Shown piece after piece: positions 1 through 8,786 of a stretch of 64,000 nt of DNA. Under the pieces are notes generated by a model. It ran no database searches. It saw only the letters and a program-made list of their open reading frames with translations, and was not told the origin of the DNA. A program made the translations under genes and the position numbers. Source of the stretch: a virus; IMG/VR virus record IMGVR_UViG_3300035150_000164, positions 10,766-74,765 of that record. The stretch is one strand, 5' to 3'. The stretch's first letter is position 1, and every line of letters begins with the position of its first letter.

Positions 1-34
1 GAAAACTCATGATTCTAAAACGAACTCAAGTTCG

Positions 35-268
35 CTATCTCCTACGCCTAGGTACTGGTCTTTTTTGTTTCTGCCTAGCCTGAGCCTCTTTCTCCATCGT
101 ATATTTTTTATCTACAAATCTTCGCCTTCTTGAATATGGCATATTCATAACAGAGTCATAAGTCTGGCTTTGTCGCTCCATCAAAAAAAAGACCTCCTCC
201 TCTAATGTTTCTTGGAGGCCGATGGGAAGAAAAAACCAGATTGCCCTACGTTCATCTCGCCTTCCCAT
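35..268 (-). CDS. Tail assembly chaperone C-terminal extension (GT-like), probably reached by -1 frameshift at 229-235
   Basis: Lies in the -1 frame of the 202..1077 ORF and overlaps its end across a T TTT TTC heptamer. Confidence 0.65.
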   Translation of the reverse strand: MGRRDERRAIWFFLPIGLQETLEEEVFFLMERQSQTYDSVMNMPYSRRRRFVDKKYTMEKEAQARQKQKRPVPRRRR

Positions 269-1077
269 TCATGCTGGCACTCATCACAGACATATTCAAC
301 TTTTGTATCTACAGAACCCTCTTCGGTTTCAAAAATGTTCCTCAATGCAGATCTATCATTAATAGATAAATCTTTTAGTGCCAAAATAGCATTTTTGTAC
401 TTCTTACTACGATCTAATTTCACACCATTAATAGCATCTACACGAGATAAAAGACCTAGTGTCAGTTGATCTCTCTTCTTTTTCGCCTGTGTCGTCAACC
501 ATTCCTCATCTTCTGTACGGATTACATGCCACTTAACCTCTGTACCACTAGGTAGTGTATCAACTCTCTCCCTTGTCATTCTATCAGGCATCGGAATTAT
601 TTCAATTTCTGATAAATTCAGTGTCATATGCTGTTCTACATTACACTCAGGACACGTAACCTTGCAGTCATAATAATCACCTAGCGATATCCTCCTAATA
701 GCAATTAAGATCGCCATTCTGTCACCTGCTGTAAGTTTATATGCAGCTTTTTTCAAAACACTCTTATCAGTTATACTACCAATACCCTCAAGACAATTCC
801 CTATAACCATATTCAGTCTAGATACAATAGACCCCTTTCCTGCTAAAACATCCTCTTCATGCCCCCTCATCTCTCGAACAACAGACGTAGAATGCAACTC
901 TCCCTCGTGTATATATCCAGCAGGAAGCTCAACAGCCAAACATCCCGGACCTACATCTAGAACATGCCCCTTCGTTCTATCTTGAATAATTTTCTCTTTC
1001 TTTCCAATAACTTCAACCGTTTCATGCTCTTCTTTCATCTTTTTCCTCATTAATTTCAGCAAGTTTTCGTTTTTCAC
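202..1077 (-). CDS. T4 gp26-like baseplate hub / tail assembly chaperone
   Basis: VREMRGHEEDVL, CPEC and CDEC motifs, FFFP near the C-terminus; downstream of the tail genes. Confidence 0.7.
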   Translation of the reverse strand: MKNENLLKLMRKKMKEEHETVEVIGKKEKIIQDRTKGHVLDVGPGCLAVELPAGYIHEGELHSTSVVREMRGHEEDVLAGKGSIVSRLNMVIGNCLEGIGSITDKSVLKKAAYKLTAGDRMAILIAIRRISLGDYYDCKVTCPECNVEQHMTLNLSEIEIIPMPDRMTRERVDTLPSGTEVKWHVIRTEDEEWLTTQAKKKRDQLTLGLLSRVDAINGVKLDRSKKYKNAILALKDLSINDRSALRNIFETEEGSVDTKVEYVCDECQHEWEGEMNVGQSGFFFPSASKKH

Positions 1078-1204
1078 GAACCCTCCGCTCAGAAAATTCC
1101 AAAATCAACATTCGTACCACGTCGCTCACACTTCTACCATCCTCATCACATTGATCTTGAAAACGCTTATAAATTCCACTACGTATCTCTACGTTTAGTC
1201 TCAT
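1022..1204 (-). CDS. Ribbon-helix-helix DNA-binding protein
   Basis: RLNVEI beta strand, then two helices with GRSVSDVVRMLI. Confidence 0.75.
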   Translation of the reverse strand: MRLNVEIRSGIYKRFQDQCDEDGRSVSDVVRMLILEFSERRVREKRKLAEINEEKDERRA

Positions 1205-1231
1205 GAGTAAATATTACTAGATACTTACTCA
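1204..1231. promoter_or_regulatory. Inverted repeat, candidate RHH autoregulatory operator
   Basis: TGAGTAAATAT-N6-ATACTTACTCA (10/11 match) abutting the RHH start codon. Confidence 0.5.
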
Positions 1232-1267
1232 ATTAGCTATTTTTTTCTATCTCATGTAATTTTTTTG

Positions 1268-1334
1268 TTGACAAACCTGTTTTTTAGCCATATCCTATAT
1301 ATAGATAGCCAACAAGATGTTGGCAAAAAAGGAG
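1268..1334 (+). promoter_or_regulatory. Sigma70-type promoter, leader hairpin and SD
   Basis: TTGACA(1268)-17-TATCCT, hairpin GCCAAC-AAGAT-GTTGGC, then AAGGAG. Confidence 0.8.
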
Positions 1335-1341
1335 AAAAATC

Positions 1342-1569
1342 ATGATAGGCAGAACCAAAACGGTAACATGGGGAGAAGGTGGATGGAGAGCCGAAGTTAT
1401 TGAAGATGATGACAACGGCAGTGGATTAGGAGACCATACCAAAATCGGTTTTTGGTATGGAACAAGAGAAGAATGTAAAAAAATTGATCCATACAAAGTA
1501 AAGTTATACAAACCATTTTACAATGATACAGATCCTTTTGATCTGGCATGTGAAAGGAGATTTGACTAG
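1342..1569 (+). CDS. Hypothetical early protein
   Basis: Strong promoter and AAGGAG SD. Confidence 0.7.
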   Translation: MIGRTKTVTWGEGGWRAEVIEDDDNGSGLGDHTKIGFWYGTREECKKIDPYKVKLYKPFYNDTDPFDLACERRFD

Positions 1570-1611
1570 AACGGACAATCTCTTCCTACCTATTTTTTCA
1601 CCACTTTTTTG

Positions 1612-1678
1612 TTGACAAACCACTTTTTGAGTTATATTATCTATATATAAATACTCAACAAGATGTTGAGAAAAGGAG
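1612..1678 (+). promoter_or_regulatory. Sigma70-type promoter, leader hairpin and SD (paralog of the 1268 element)
   Basis: TTGACA(1612)-17-TATTAT, hairpin CTCAAC-AAGAT-GTTGAG, then AAGGAG. Confidence 0.85.
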
Positions 1679-1685
1679 AAATATA

Positions 1686-2108
1686 ATGACAAGAGAAGAA
1701 GTGATTACCATTGTATCAATGGCAAGAGAAGAAAACAAACAACCTAATCTAAGCGGAACGGACCTGCGTGGGGTTAACCTGCGTGGGGCTAACCTTAGTG
1801 GAGCTAACATGCGTGGGACTGACCTGCGTGGGGTTAACCTGCGTTGGGCTAACCTGAGTTGGGCTGACCTGAATGGAGCTAACCTGCGTGGGGCTGACCT
1901 GCATGGAGCTAATTTAGATTTTTCTTGTCTTCCTCTCTGGTGTGGAGGACAAAATGCTAAAATTGATCAAAAACTAGCAAAACAATTCCTCGCTCATGCC
2001 CTATCATTCGTCATCGACGAAGATGATGAATACAATAGACTCAAAAAAGAAGCAAAAACATATTGCTCAGAATCACATATAGCCAATCATTTGGATTGGC
2101 TCAAATAA
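1686..2108 (+). CDS. Pentapeptide repeat protein
   Basis: Tandem A(N/D)LRG-type repeats followed by [11 protein letters not shown]. Confidence 0.9.
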   Translation: MTREEVITIVSMAREENKQPNLSGTDLRGVNLRGANLSGANMRGTDLRGVNLRWANLSWADLNGANLRGADLHGANLDFSCLPLWCGGQNAKIDQKLAKQFLAHALSFVIDEDDEYNRLKKEAKTYCSESHIANHLDWLK

Positions 2109-2130
2109 AATATGTAAAAGGAGAAACAAA

Positions 2131-2337
2131 ATGAAGCCAATGTTTATACTAAAGCATGGAAATAAGTACGTCGCAATAGACCATTCAAGTGGTGGTTACC
2201 CATATTTAGTCGATAGGTTTGATATGGCTTTCATTTGGATTGATATTAACTCTTTAAGAGCGTATCAAAAAATGTTTCCCAAATATGTTGCATATCAAAT
2301 AGAAGTAAAAGAAAAACCAATAAAGGATACAAAATAA
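2131..2337 (+). CDS. Hypothetical protein
   Basis: AAGGAG SD; SGGYPY motif. Confidence 0.7.
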   Translation: MKPMFILKHGNKYVAIDHSSGGYPYLVDRFDMAFIWIDINSLRAYQKMFPKYVAYQIEVKEKPIKDTK

Positions 2338-2464
2338 AATTGAAACAAAAACTTCAATTCAGATGTGAATACGATGGAAGTCAATGAATGCTATCTCAAC
2401 GGACTAGCCATTTTCCATATGCTTAACAAGGATGGTATCAAATACCAGCAGGAAGGATCTAACA

Positions 2465-2647
2465 ATGAATAATCAACTAAAAAACAAAAACCCATGGGAA
2501 AAAATATACGAAGACCAAGAATCGTCAACAAAAAAGATGAAAGTAAAAGACGGGTGGATCGTTAAATATGAAACATGGAATTTAGAAGGGAATATTTCAT
2601 CAAGTCTCGTATTCGTACGAGATATAGAACATCTTTGGAATCCATAA
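2465..2647 (+). CDS. Hypothetical protein
   Basis: AAGGA SD before the ATG at 2465; KMKVKDGWIV. Confidence 0.6.
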   Translation: MNNQLKNKNPWEKIYEDQESSTKKMKVKDGWIVKYETWNLEGNISSSLVFVRDIEHLWNP

Positions 2648-2657
2648 AATAAACCGG

Positions 2658-3365
2658 CTAGCCAAGATCAGACATAATTCCTTGCCATAATTGATAAAGC
2701 CTCTTTTCAAATTTCTTCTTATTTTTAGTGTTCAGATTCTTCAAGAAATCCTGATTCCATACTTTCATCCTAAGCATATTCTCCTTGAATTCCTTAAAAC
2801 TACCGTCGCCAAATACCTTCTTCCACCTGTCAGCAGCATGCAACATCGGATTATTTGCCATCCCCTCGACAGAACTCGCACCCTCCTGCCAAAACGCATT
2901 CCACTCTGATGGATGATTATAATAAGCACTAGCCATCGTCGGATCAACGTCCTTTCCCTTGCCTCGTCCTGGATCAAAGTAATGGATCATCTCATGAACT
3001 ATAAGACTTTTATGCGTCCTAGTATCTATTCCTGTTGTGTCCCAAGCACCCCTCAGAACTGGTAAAACCAACACGTCCTTACCCGAGGATCTATGAGTAC
3101 CCAATCCGCCTGTAATACCTTTTCCTTTTGCACCAACAGGTAAATACATTACAAATAGATTGTCAGCACCTTCTCCTGACCAAAATTTTCCGGCCTCTAT
3201 AACAAATCCTCCACCACTAATCCTCTTCAACTTGTCAACGTTTTTAGATACATACGAAACAAGCGCAGAATGAAATTTCATGGCATTTTCCCTAGCATCC
3301 CTATCCCTAGAAAATGTAGCTTCAGACAAACCCTCTAATCTACATATTAATGCTCTCATTGTCAT
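2658..3365 (-). CDS. Zincin-like metallopeptidase, possible internal head protein
   Basis: HEMIH zinc motif plus a downstream Glu (YYNHPSEWNAF); N-terminal leader ending LSE. Confidence 0.6.
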   Translation of the reverse strand: MTMRALICRLEGLSEATFSRDRDARENAMKFHSALVSYVSKNVDKLKRISGGGFVIEAGKFWSGEGADNLFVMYLPVGAKGKGITGGLGTHRSSGKDVLVLPVLRGAWDTTGIDTRTHKSLIVHEMIHYFDPGRGKGKDVDPTMASAYYNHPSEWNAFWQEGASSVEGMANNPMLHAADRWKKVFGDGSFKEFKENMLRMKVWNQDFLKNLNTKNKKKFEKRLYQLWQGIMSDLG

Positions 3366-3530
3366 GATCCGTATCTAATACCCATGACATCGCTGATAAT
3401 ACTATTCATGGTTACAGTCGTCTGAGTAGTTTGAGTAGTAGGTCTCCACACTCTGCAGCTCGGTCAAGTTCCCGTTGTAGGTCTCAGTTAGATACCGGCA
3501 TGTAAATGGTCAATCCTGCACACAATCATC

Positions 3531-4076
3531 TTAGATGCAATCATCCGGCTCTATGTTGTCACAGTAGTCTTCCATTGCATCCTCCCAACCAGGTCCCCAG
3601 TTACTGACATCTACTTCGATATCCTCCGGATCAACAGACGAGTCAGCGGCAAATGGATACCAATAGCTACTATAATACAGATAGGATGTCATGTCATAAG
3701 GCTGATTTACGGAACCGGTCTGTATAAACGCAACGAAATCATCTCCAGTAGGGTCTCCATCGTCACGAGCCAGTGCCTTCCCCTTGGATCCATTCATCCT
3801 GCAAATCTCAGGATACCCCCAGAGATTACACTCAATTACGGCAAGTTTATTGACACCAACATCAATAGCAAAAAATGGCTTTGCGTACTTAGTTCCACCA
3901 TCATCTTCACCACTCTGAACTACCTCACCACCGAGAACAGCATCAATTAGCGCATCCTGTTCATCGCTAGTATTTGAATCGCAGGAAGAAAACGACACTA
4001 AGAGGAGAACTAATAAAATTCCCCATACAGATCCCATTATGGACATTACCTTGTTTGCAAAATAAAAGTTTTTCAT
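3531..4076 (-). CDS. Putative lipoprotein
   Basis: Hydrophobic signal ending FSSC; PEICRMNGSKGKA shared with the neighbouring gene. Confidence 0.65.
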   Translation of the reverse strand: MKNFYFANKVMSIMGSVWGILLVLLLVSFSSCDSNTSDEQDALIDAVLGGEVVQSGEDDGGTKYAKPFFAIDVGVNKLAVIECNLWGYPEICRMNGSKGKALARDDGDPTGDDFVAFIQTGSVNQPYDMTSYLYYSSYWYPFAADSSVDPEDIEVDVSNWGPGWEDAMEDYCDNIEPDDCI

Positions 4077-4129
4077 TTTTCACCACCTTTAGGTTAATGG
4101 ACCTTTGTCCACCAGTTCAGATACATTTA

Positions 4130-4753
4130 TCAAACTCCCCCGTCCGCTCCGCCCTCGTCCTGGTGGCATAAATGCGGGTTCTTTTCCTGGCACCACCCAA
4201 GACGCTTGCCATGGTAAGACGGATGCCCCGCCCATCGGTCAATCTGATTTTGTATTCTATTCCGCAACTGATTTCGGTCCGACGAAACATCATCTACAGG
4301 TGAGTACGGACCTTCTAAGCAATAGGTTACTCCTCCTATATCGCCAGGCCATGCATCGCTTTCATCTTCCCAGTATATCGTAAAATCGTCGTCTACTACT
4401 CTGACGATTGCGCGGCCCTTTGTCCCGTCAAGGCGAGTGCATTCCGGAACACCGAAGCACCCAGTTGTAAGGGGATTCTTTATTTGAACAATCCCCTTAT
4501 CTGCCTGCACCCTTTCCGCGAGGGTGGCGTTATAGTCCATGACCCCAGTATAATGAAATGTCCCGGTATACCGACCAGCGACGATCCCATTGTCAACTAT
4601 CACCTCTTTTTCAACAACAGTAACGACCCGCTGGTCTAATATCGCGTTCCGAATCCAGCTGTCATCGCACTCTTTCTCTGGCTCGCACGCCAGAACCAAT
4701 AATGACAGCAGCATCATCATGAACAACCCGAGTGCCTGTGAAATTTTCAACAT
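4130..4753 (-). CDS. Putative lipoprotein, paralog of 3531..4076
   Basis: Signal ending LVLAC; PECTRLDGTKGRA. Confidence 0.7.
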   Translation of the reverse strand: MLKISQALGLFMMMLLSLLVLACEPEKECDDSWIRNAILDQRVVTVVEKEVIVDNGIVAGRYTGTFHYTGVMDYNATLAERVQADKGIVQIKNPLTTGCFGVPECTRLDGTKGRAIVRVVDDDFTIYWEDESDAWPGDIGGVTYCLEGPYSPVDDVSSDRNQLRNRIQNQIDRWAGHPSYHGKRLGWCQEKNPHLCHQDEGGADGGV

Positions 4754-5090
4754 TCTTTCTTCCTTTCAATTTCTGGTGGGTTGGCGTTTTTGCCTCCACC
4801 GTTGTTTTAACAGCCGTGATAGAATCTCCAGCGTAGATATCTCGCTCGTGGTTCGGAGAGATGTAGGTTACCGTACACGGCCCTGTTGGTGTCCCGGCAC
4901 CATCTCCATTGAGACGCTCAATCGGCTCTCCATCGGCGCCAATTCCGTCGACGCATTCTACTAGTAGACCTGTCGCCTTGTCCACCTCTGACCATTTCAT
5001 GACAACGTACCGCCCGAGTTGGTGACCAACAATCACCGTAACCCCGGCCGTCCTTGCTTCGTCATGCATTTTTTTGTTTTTGTGTACCAT
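4662..5090 (-). CDS. Hypothetical protein
   Basis: ORF fills the gap between co-oriented genes; overlaps the next gene by about 90 nt. Confidence 0.5.
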   Translation of the reverse strand: MVHKNKKMHDEARTAGVTVIVGHQLGRYVVMKWSEVDKATGLLVECVDGIGADGEPIERLNGDGAGTPTGPCTVTYISPNHERDIYAGDSITAVKTTVEAKTPTHQKLKGRKNVENFTGTRVVHDDAAVIIGSGVRARERVR

Positions 5091-5103
5091 GTCTATGTGC
5101 CAT

Positions 5104-5943
5104 CTACTCGTTTATCTGTAGGGTGTTCAATCCGACCGTTACGAACCACGCAACAGCGGCGTCAGATGCCGACGAGCGTGCCGGGTTCGTACCATCGAGG
5201 TATGTCGTGGTGTTTCGCCACTCCGCGTACCCAACAGACAAATCAATCATCACCTGATCTACTTCACCGGAAGTGGTTAATGCAGAGTCCAATTTATACC
5301 GACCGGTTGTTTTAGTAGCCCAAGTGTAACCAGAATAACTAATTGGGTTAGAAGTAAGTATCAATAAACGATTAAGGGAAGTATTGCCGACTATAGGAGA
5401 AATATCTGATATATTATTACCAGAAATATACAAATAAGGCATTGGGTGCCCACTAACAGGTGTTAAATCTACAATATTGTTATTGTATAAATAGCATTCG
5501 GTAATCGTCAACGTACTTGCTAATGATTGTATATTTACAATGTCGTTATTGGAAAATTCTAAAATACTTACTGATGTTTTTGATAAATCAAACGAAGTTA
5601 TGTTATTTCCATAGTAAGCTAACGCCCATTCTATATCTAATAAATCACCTGTTATAGTTATAGTCTTTTCAACACCAGATGAATATGTATGATTCGCTGG
5701 AACATTAGTACTGGACCCCAGAAGAGTAATTTCACTTGGCGCGCCCCCATCCCCCCAATCAAACGTCAGCTTGGCTTGATCTGTACCACGCCAGTTCGAA
5801 GTAAACGTCCCATCCTTGGTAGTCGTGATCGTCGCGGTAGGAACAGTAACTCCACCTATAAGAATGCCATCAGCATAAACCCTATTACCAGGACTACCTG
5901 TCCCACTAATTAGTATACCATCGGCATAAATACGGTTACTCAT
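5104..5943 (-). CDS. Leucine-rich-repeat protein with PKD-like DWGDG domain (surface/adhesin-like)
   Basis: FDWGDG; internalin-type LRRs (LYNNNIVDLTPV, ISGNNISDISPI); duplicated NRxYADGILI N-terminus. Confidence 0.75.
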   Translation of the reverse strand: MSNRIYADGILISGTGSPGNRVYADGILIGGVTVPTATITTTKDGTFTSNWRGTDQAKLTFDWGDGGAPSEITLLGSSTNVPANHTYSSGVEKTITITGDLLDIEWALAYYGNNITSFDLSKTSVSILEFSNNDIVNIQSLASTLTITECYLYNNNIVDLTPVSGHPMPYLYISGNNISDISPIVGNTSLNRLLILTSNPISYSGYTWATKTTGRYKLDSALTTSGEVDQVMIDLSVGYAEWRNTTTYLDGTNPARSSASDAAVAWFVTVGLNTLQINE

Positions 5944-6502
5944 ACACTACGTTACTTCCTACCAAAAGATCTTCATCATCCGTATTTGCAAATTCTATCT
6001 CTAAAACTTCATCGCTAAACAACTCACAACTGTCCATTACAAACAAAAACTGTGTAGCCGTAACCTCAGAAGGATCTACTGCCTGCAAAAACCTGTTCTC
6101 AGCATCCAATATCAAATACCTATCTCCAGTATCCCAGTCGTCATCAGTTCCCCCTCCAAGAGATGCAGTAACTGTATCAGCAGTATTATCAGTTATTGTT
6201 CCTGCGCTTCCATCTGTAACATTGTAAACTCTTTTACCTATTAGCGCATCAACAACCCAAGCCTTATTAGAATCAGTCAAAACAGCAGCTCCATTAGCCC
6301 CAGTATGTCCGCCACCTTCCGCTCTTTTTGTCTGAATATTAATGTTTTCACTCGTTGTAATCGCTCCAGATAAATTCAAAAATACGCTCTTTATGCTTTT
6401 CGAAAAAAGATGGCTACCAACACCAAACTCGTTTATTGCAAAAATATCTGCAACTCTCAAAATAGGTATCGCAGATAATCCTTCAAAATCATATCTATTC
6501 AT
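5936..6502 (-). CDS. Probable virion protein sharing a beta domain with the sheath insertion
   Basis: AVLTDS...L.GK.V.N.T.G....IT.N...W.TGD.Y also occurs in the sheath. Confidence 0.6.
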   Translation of the reverse strand: MNRYDFEGLSAIPILRVADIFAINEFGVGSHLFSKSIKSVFLNLSGAITTSENINIQTKRAEGGGHTGANGAAVLTDSNKAWVVDALIGKRVYNVTDGSAGTITDNTADTVTASLGGGTDDDWDTGDRYLILDAENRFLQAVDPSEVTATQFLFVMDSCELFSDEVLEIEFANTDDEDLLVGSNVVYE

Positions 6503-6540
6503 ACACTCACCATCCTCTCATTCTATAAAACAAATAGATG

Positions 6541-7071
6541 CTATTTAGCCATAGATCTAACATCTGCCTTAGCAGTAGATGCACCAGCCACTCTCTGTCC
6601 TTTTCCTGACAACCAAAGTTTTACAACTGGTATCACCTGTTCCATCAAGCCCGTCAAATCACCCTCTGACACCCCAAAACGCTTTAGCATAGCACCTACC
6701 CTTGGATTGTATAACATAGCTTCTATAAGCCTGTCTATAGCACCTTGTGATATACTCTCATCAAGTCCTTCTGACTTCTCAGATCTAACTTGTCTCTTAT
6801 AATCCCCACCAGCACCCAAGACGTTCAACATTGACATCAAAAAATTCATAGGATTTCTCTTCATCTCATCTGTCAATGCATCAAATATCTTTTGCTCTCT
6901 ACTTGCTACATCTCTACCTGATCCTTTTTGGGCAAGAGATCTAAGTTCCTTCACTGAACTTTCTATATGTCTTTGAAGTTTTCTATCTCCAAACTCTTTA
7001 GTCCTGTAACCTATCCCTCTTTTCTCCGTCAAATTCTCAATGCTCTCTATTAATCTTTTCATGTCTGTCAT
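6541..7071 (-). CDS. Hypothetical, probable internal head protein
   Basis: MKRLIESIENLTE leader. Confidence 0.55.
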   Translation of the reverse strand: MTDMKRLIESIENLTEKRGIGYRTKEFGDRKLQRHIESSVKELRSLAQKGSGRDVASREQKIFDALTDEMKRNPMNFLMSMLNVLGAGGDYKRQVRSEKSEGLDESISQGAIDRLIEAMLYNPRVGAMLKRFGVSEGDLTGLMEQVIPVVKLWLSGKGQRVAGASTAKADVRSMAK

Positions 7072-7080
7072 AACATCACC

Positions 7081-7599
7081 CTAAAACGCCTTGTTGAACA
7101 ATATGTAATCGAATTTTGATAAATCACGCTGTGCTATAGAATCAATATCTTTTGATAAATCCATCCTGTATTTCTCTAGATTTGAATTCAACGAACCATC
7201 AAGTTTCTGAAGTTCTCCAATTATTTCAAATTGCCTCTCTAGTTTTTTAGACCCAAGCATCTTTGCAGCCAACTGTAAAGCACCTGTATAATCATTATAT
7301 TTAACCTTCTTCGCTATACGCTCCATTATAGATGGATCTAAACTACTAGAAGACTCATCAATTTTTTCATCATCTTCTTTGTCATCCTCTGGAATATCCT
7401 CTCCCTCTATAATCATATTCAATTTGTTTATCAAAGAAATCCCACTAATAGTTTCGTCATCTTCTGTAGATACTTCCTCTACCTTAGAGGACGAAATCAA
7501 ATTCGCATCGTCTTCCCCTACAACAGAAACATCAACTTCATCATCATTATTTCCATAAATAATACGACGTATATCTTCTGCTAATCTTCGAATACTCAT
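7081..7599 (-). CDS. Hypothetical, probable internal head protein
   Basis: GGAGGAG SD; acidic; I/L-x-E sites. Confidence 0.55.
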   Translation of the reverse strand: MSIRRLAEDIRRIIYGNNDDEVDVSVVGEDDANLISSSKVEEVSTEDDETISGISLINKLNMIIEGEDIPEDDKEDDEKIDESSSSLDPSIMERIAKKVKYNDYTGALQLAAKMLGSKKLERQFEIIGELQKLDGSLNSNLEKYRMDLSKDIDSIAQRDLSKFDYILFNKAF

Positions 7600-7608
7600 T
7601 GTCTCCTC

Positions 7609-7908
7609 CTAAAAATTAAACGGCGGTATCGGTCCACTTCCGTCATCTGGAAAAAATATATGTCGCCCTTTTATCGTACGCCATACACCTATCTTACCAT
7701 TTACCTTGTACTTTTTCTCTTTTTTTTCTTCTAACAGAACAGTATCTCCAATAGATATAAGTTCAAATACACATTTTCTTTTTTTCTTCTTTTTCTTTCC
7801 AATTATAAAATCATCTAGATTATATACACATCCTGGAATCGGCTGTCTCCTCAAAGGTTTCCCAATAGGTCTAGGTATTGTTGCTATATTTAAAGATGTT
7901 GTCGTCAT
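7609..7908 (-). CDS. Hypothetical protein
   Basis: GVWRTIKGRHIF motif of the kind seen in phage head-associated proteins. Confidence 0.55.
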   Translation of the reverse strand: MTTTSLNIATIPRPIGKPLRRQPIPGCVYNLDDFIIGKKKKKKRKCVFELISIGDTVLLEEKKEKKYKVNGKIGVWRTIKGRHIFFPDDGSGPIPPFNF

Positions 7909-7934
7909 ATCTTACCCATCATATCATCAATAAA

Positions 7935-8255
7935 TTACTCTTCCCTCTCCATCATCCTATCTCTTGCCCTGTCTATATAACTCGCAACAGACTTCCTTCC
8001 AGAATTGTACATAGCAGTAGAAAGATCTCGCATAATCTCACCAAAAGCTTTATACCCACCATCTGTATCAACAACCCTAAATGCCTTCTCTGCATCTGTA
8101 ACATGCTGTCTCATAGCAATAACAGCATTCAACATAGTATTCTGTAACTTTGAATCTGATATCTCATCTGTTTTTGACTCTGATAATTCTAACCTGTTAT
8201 TATCAATAAAACTCTTTAACTCTTCTGATAAAATTCCCATGCTATCCCTCAACAA
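7935..8255 (-). CDS. Hypothetical protein
   Basis: Co-oriented ORF in a tightly packed operon. Confidence 0.55.
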   Translation of the reverse strand: MLRDSMGILSEELKSFIDNNRLELSESKTDEISDSKLQNTMLNAVIAMRQHVTDAEKAFRVVDTDGGYKAFGEIMRDLSTAMYNSGRKSVASYIDRARDRMMEREE

Positions 8256-8442
8256 GTAAATTACTAGGCTTACCGTTAAACGTCTCTGCGTTCAATACTT
8301 TCGTAGGTCCACTCCAACTCTCACCCTCTCCAAGCTTTTTATATACCCTACCACATACAGGACACAAAAACTCAACAACTTGTTTACAATCTTCAATACC
8401 CTCAGCCTTTAAAGCCATATCAGCTCTGCATTTACAAATCAT
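8242..8442 (-). CDS. Small zinc-ribbon protein
   Basis: CxC and CPVCG; ATGA overlap with the upstream gene. Confidence 0.55.
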   Translation of the reverse strand: MICKCRADMALKAEGIEDCKQVVEFLCPVCGRVYKKLGEGESWSGPTKVLNAETFNGKPSNLLVEG

Positions 8443-8777
8443 ATTTCCTCTATCCTCGGTCTCAAAACCACCTTAGCCCCCCTTTTGGACTCTACCAATG
8501 AAACGAACTCAAGTTCGTTATGCTCCATAAATCTTTTCTCTACGTGATGCCCTACACTCATCGCATGACGTCCCTCCAGCAACATTACCAGCACTGTCCT
8601 TCCCCTGATAGATCTAACCTCAAACAAACACTTCGAAATCTCTCTTCCCTTTGTCGCTCGCTCACCCATCACCTTTAAAGCCCTAAACACAGATCTCTCT
8701 AATGGTGTAAGTATACGCTCTCTATTCTGAGGCGTATCAGGAATGAATTTCTTTAATCTCTCTGATAATCTTTTCAT
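8439..8777 (-). CDS. Hypothetical protein (contains the palindrome copy at 8504)
   Basis: Co-oriented ORF; NELEFV is encoded by the palindrome. Confidence 0.6.
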   Translation of the reverse strand: MKRLSERLKKFIPDTPQNRERILTPLERSVFRALKVMGERATKGREISKCLFEVRSIRGRTVLVMLLEGRHAMSVGHHVEKRFMEHNELEFVSLVESKRGAKVVLRPRIEEI

Positions 8778-8786
8778 TCTGTAATC

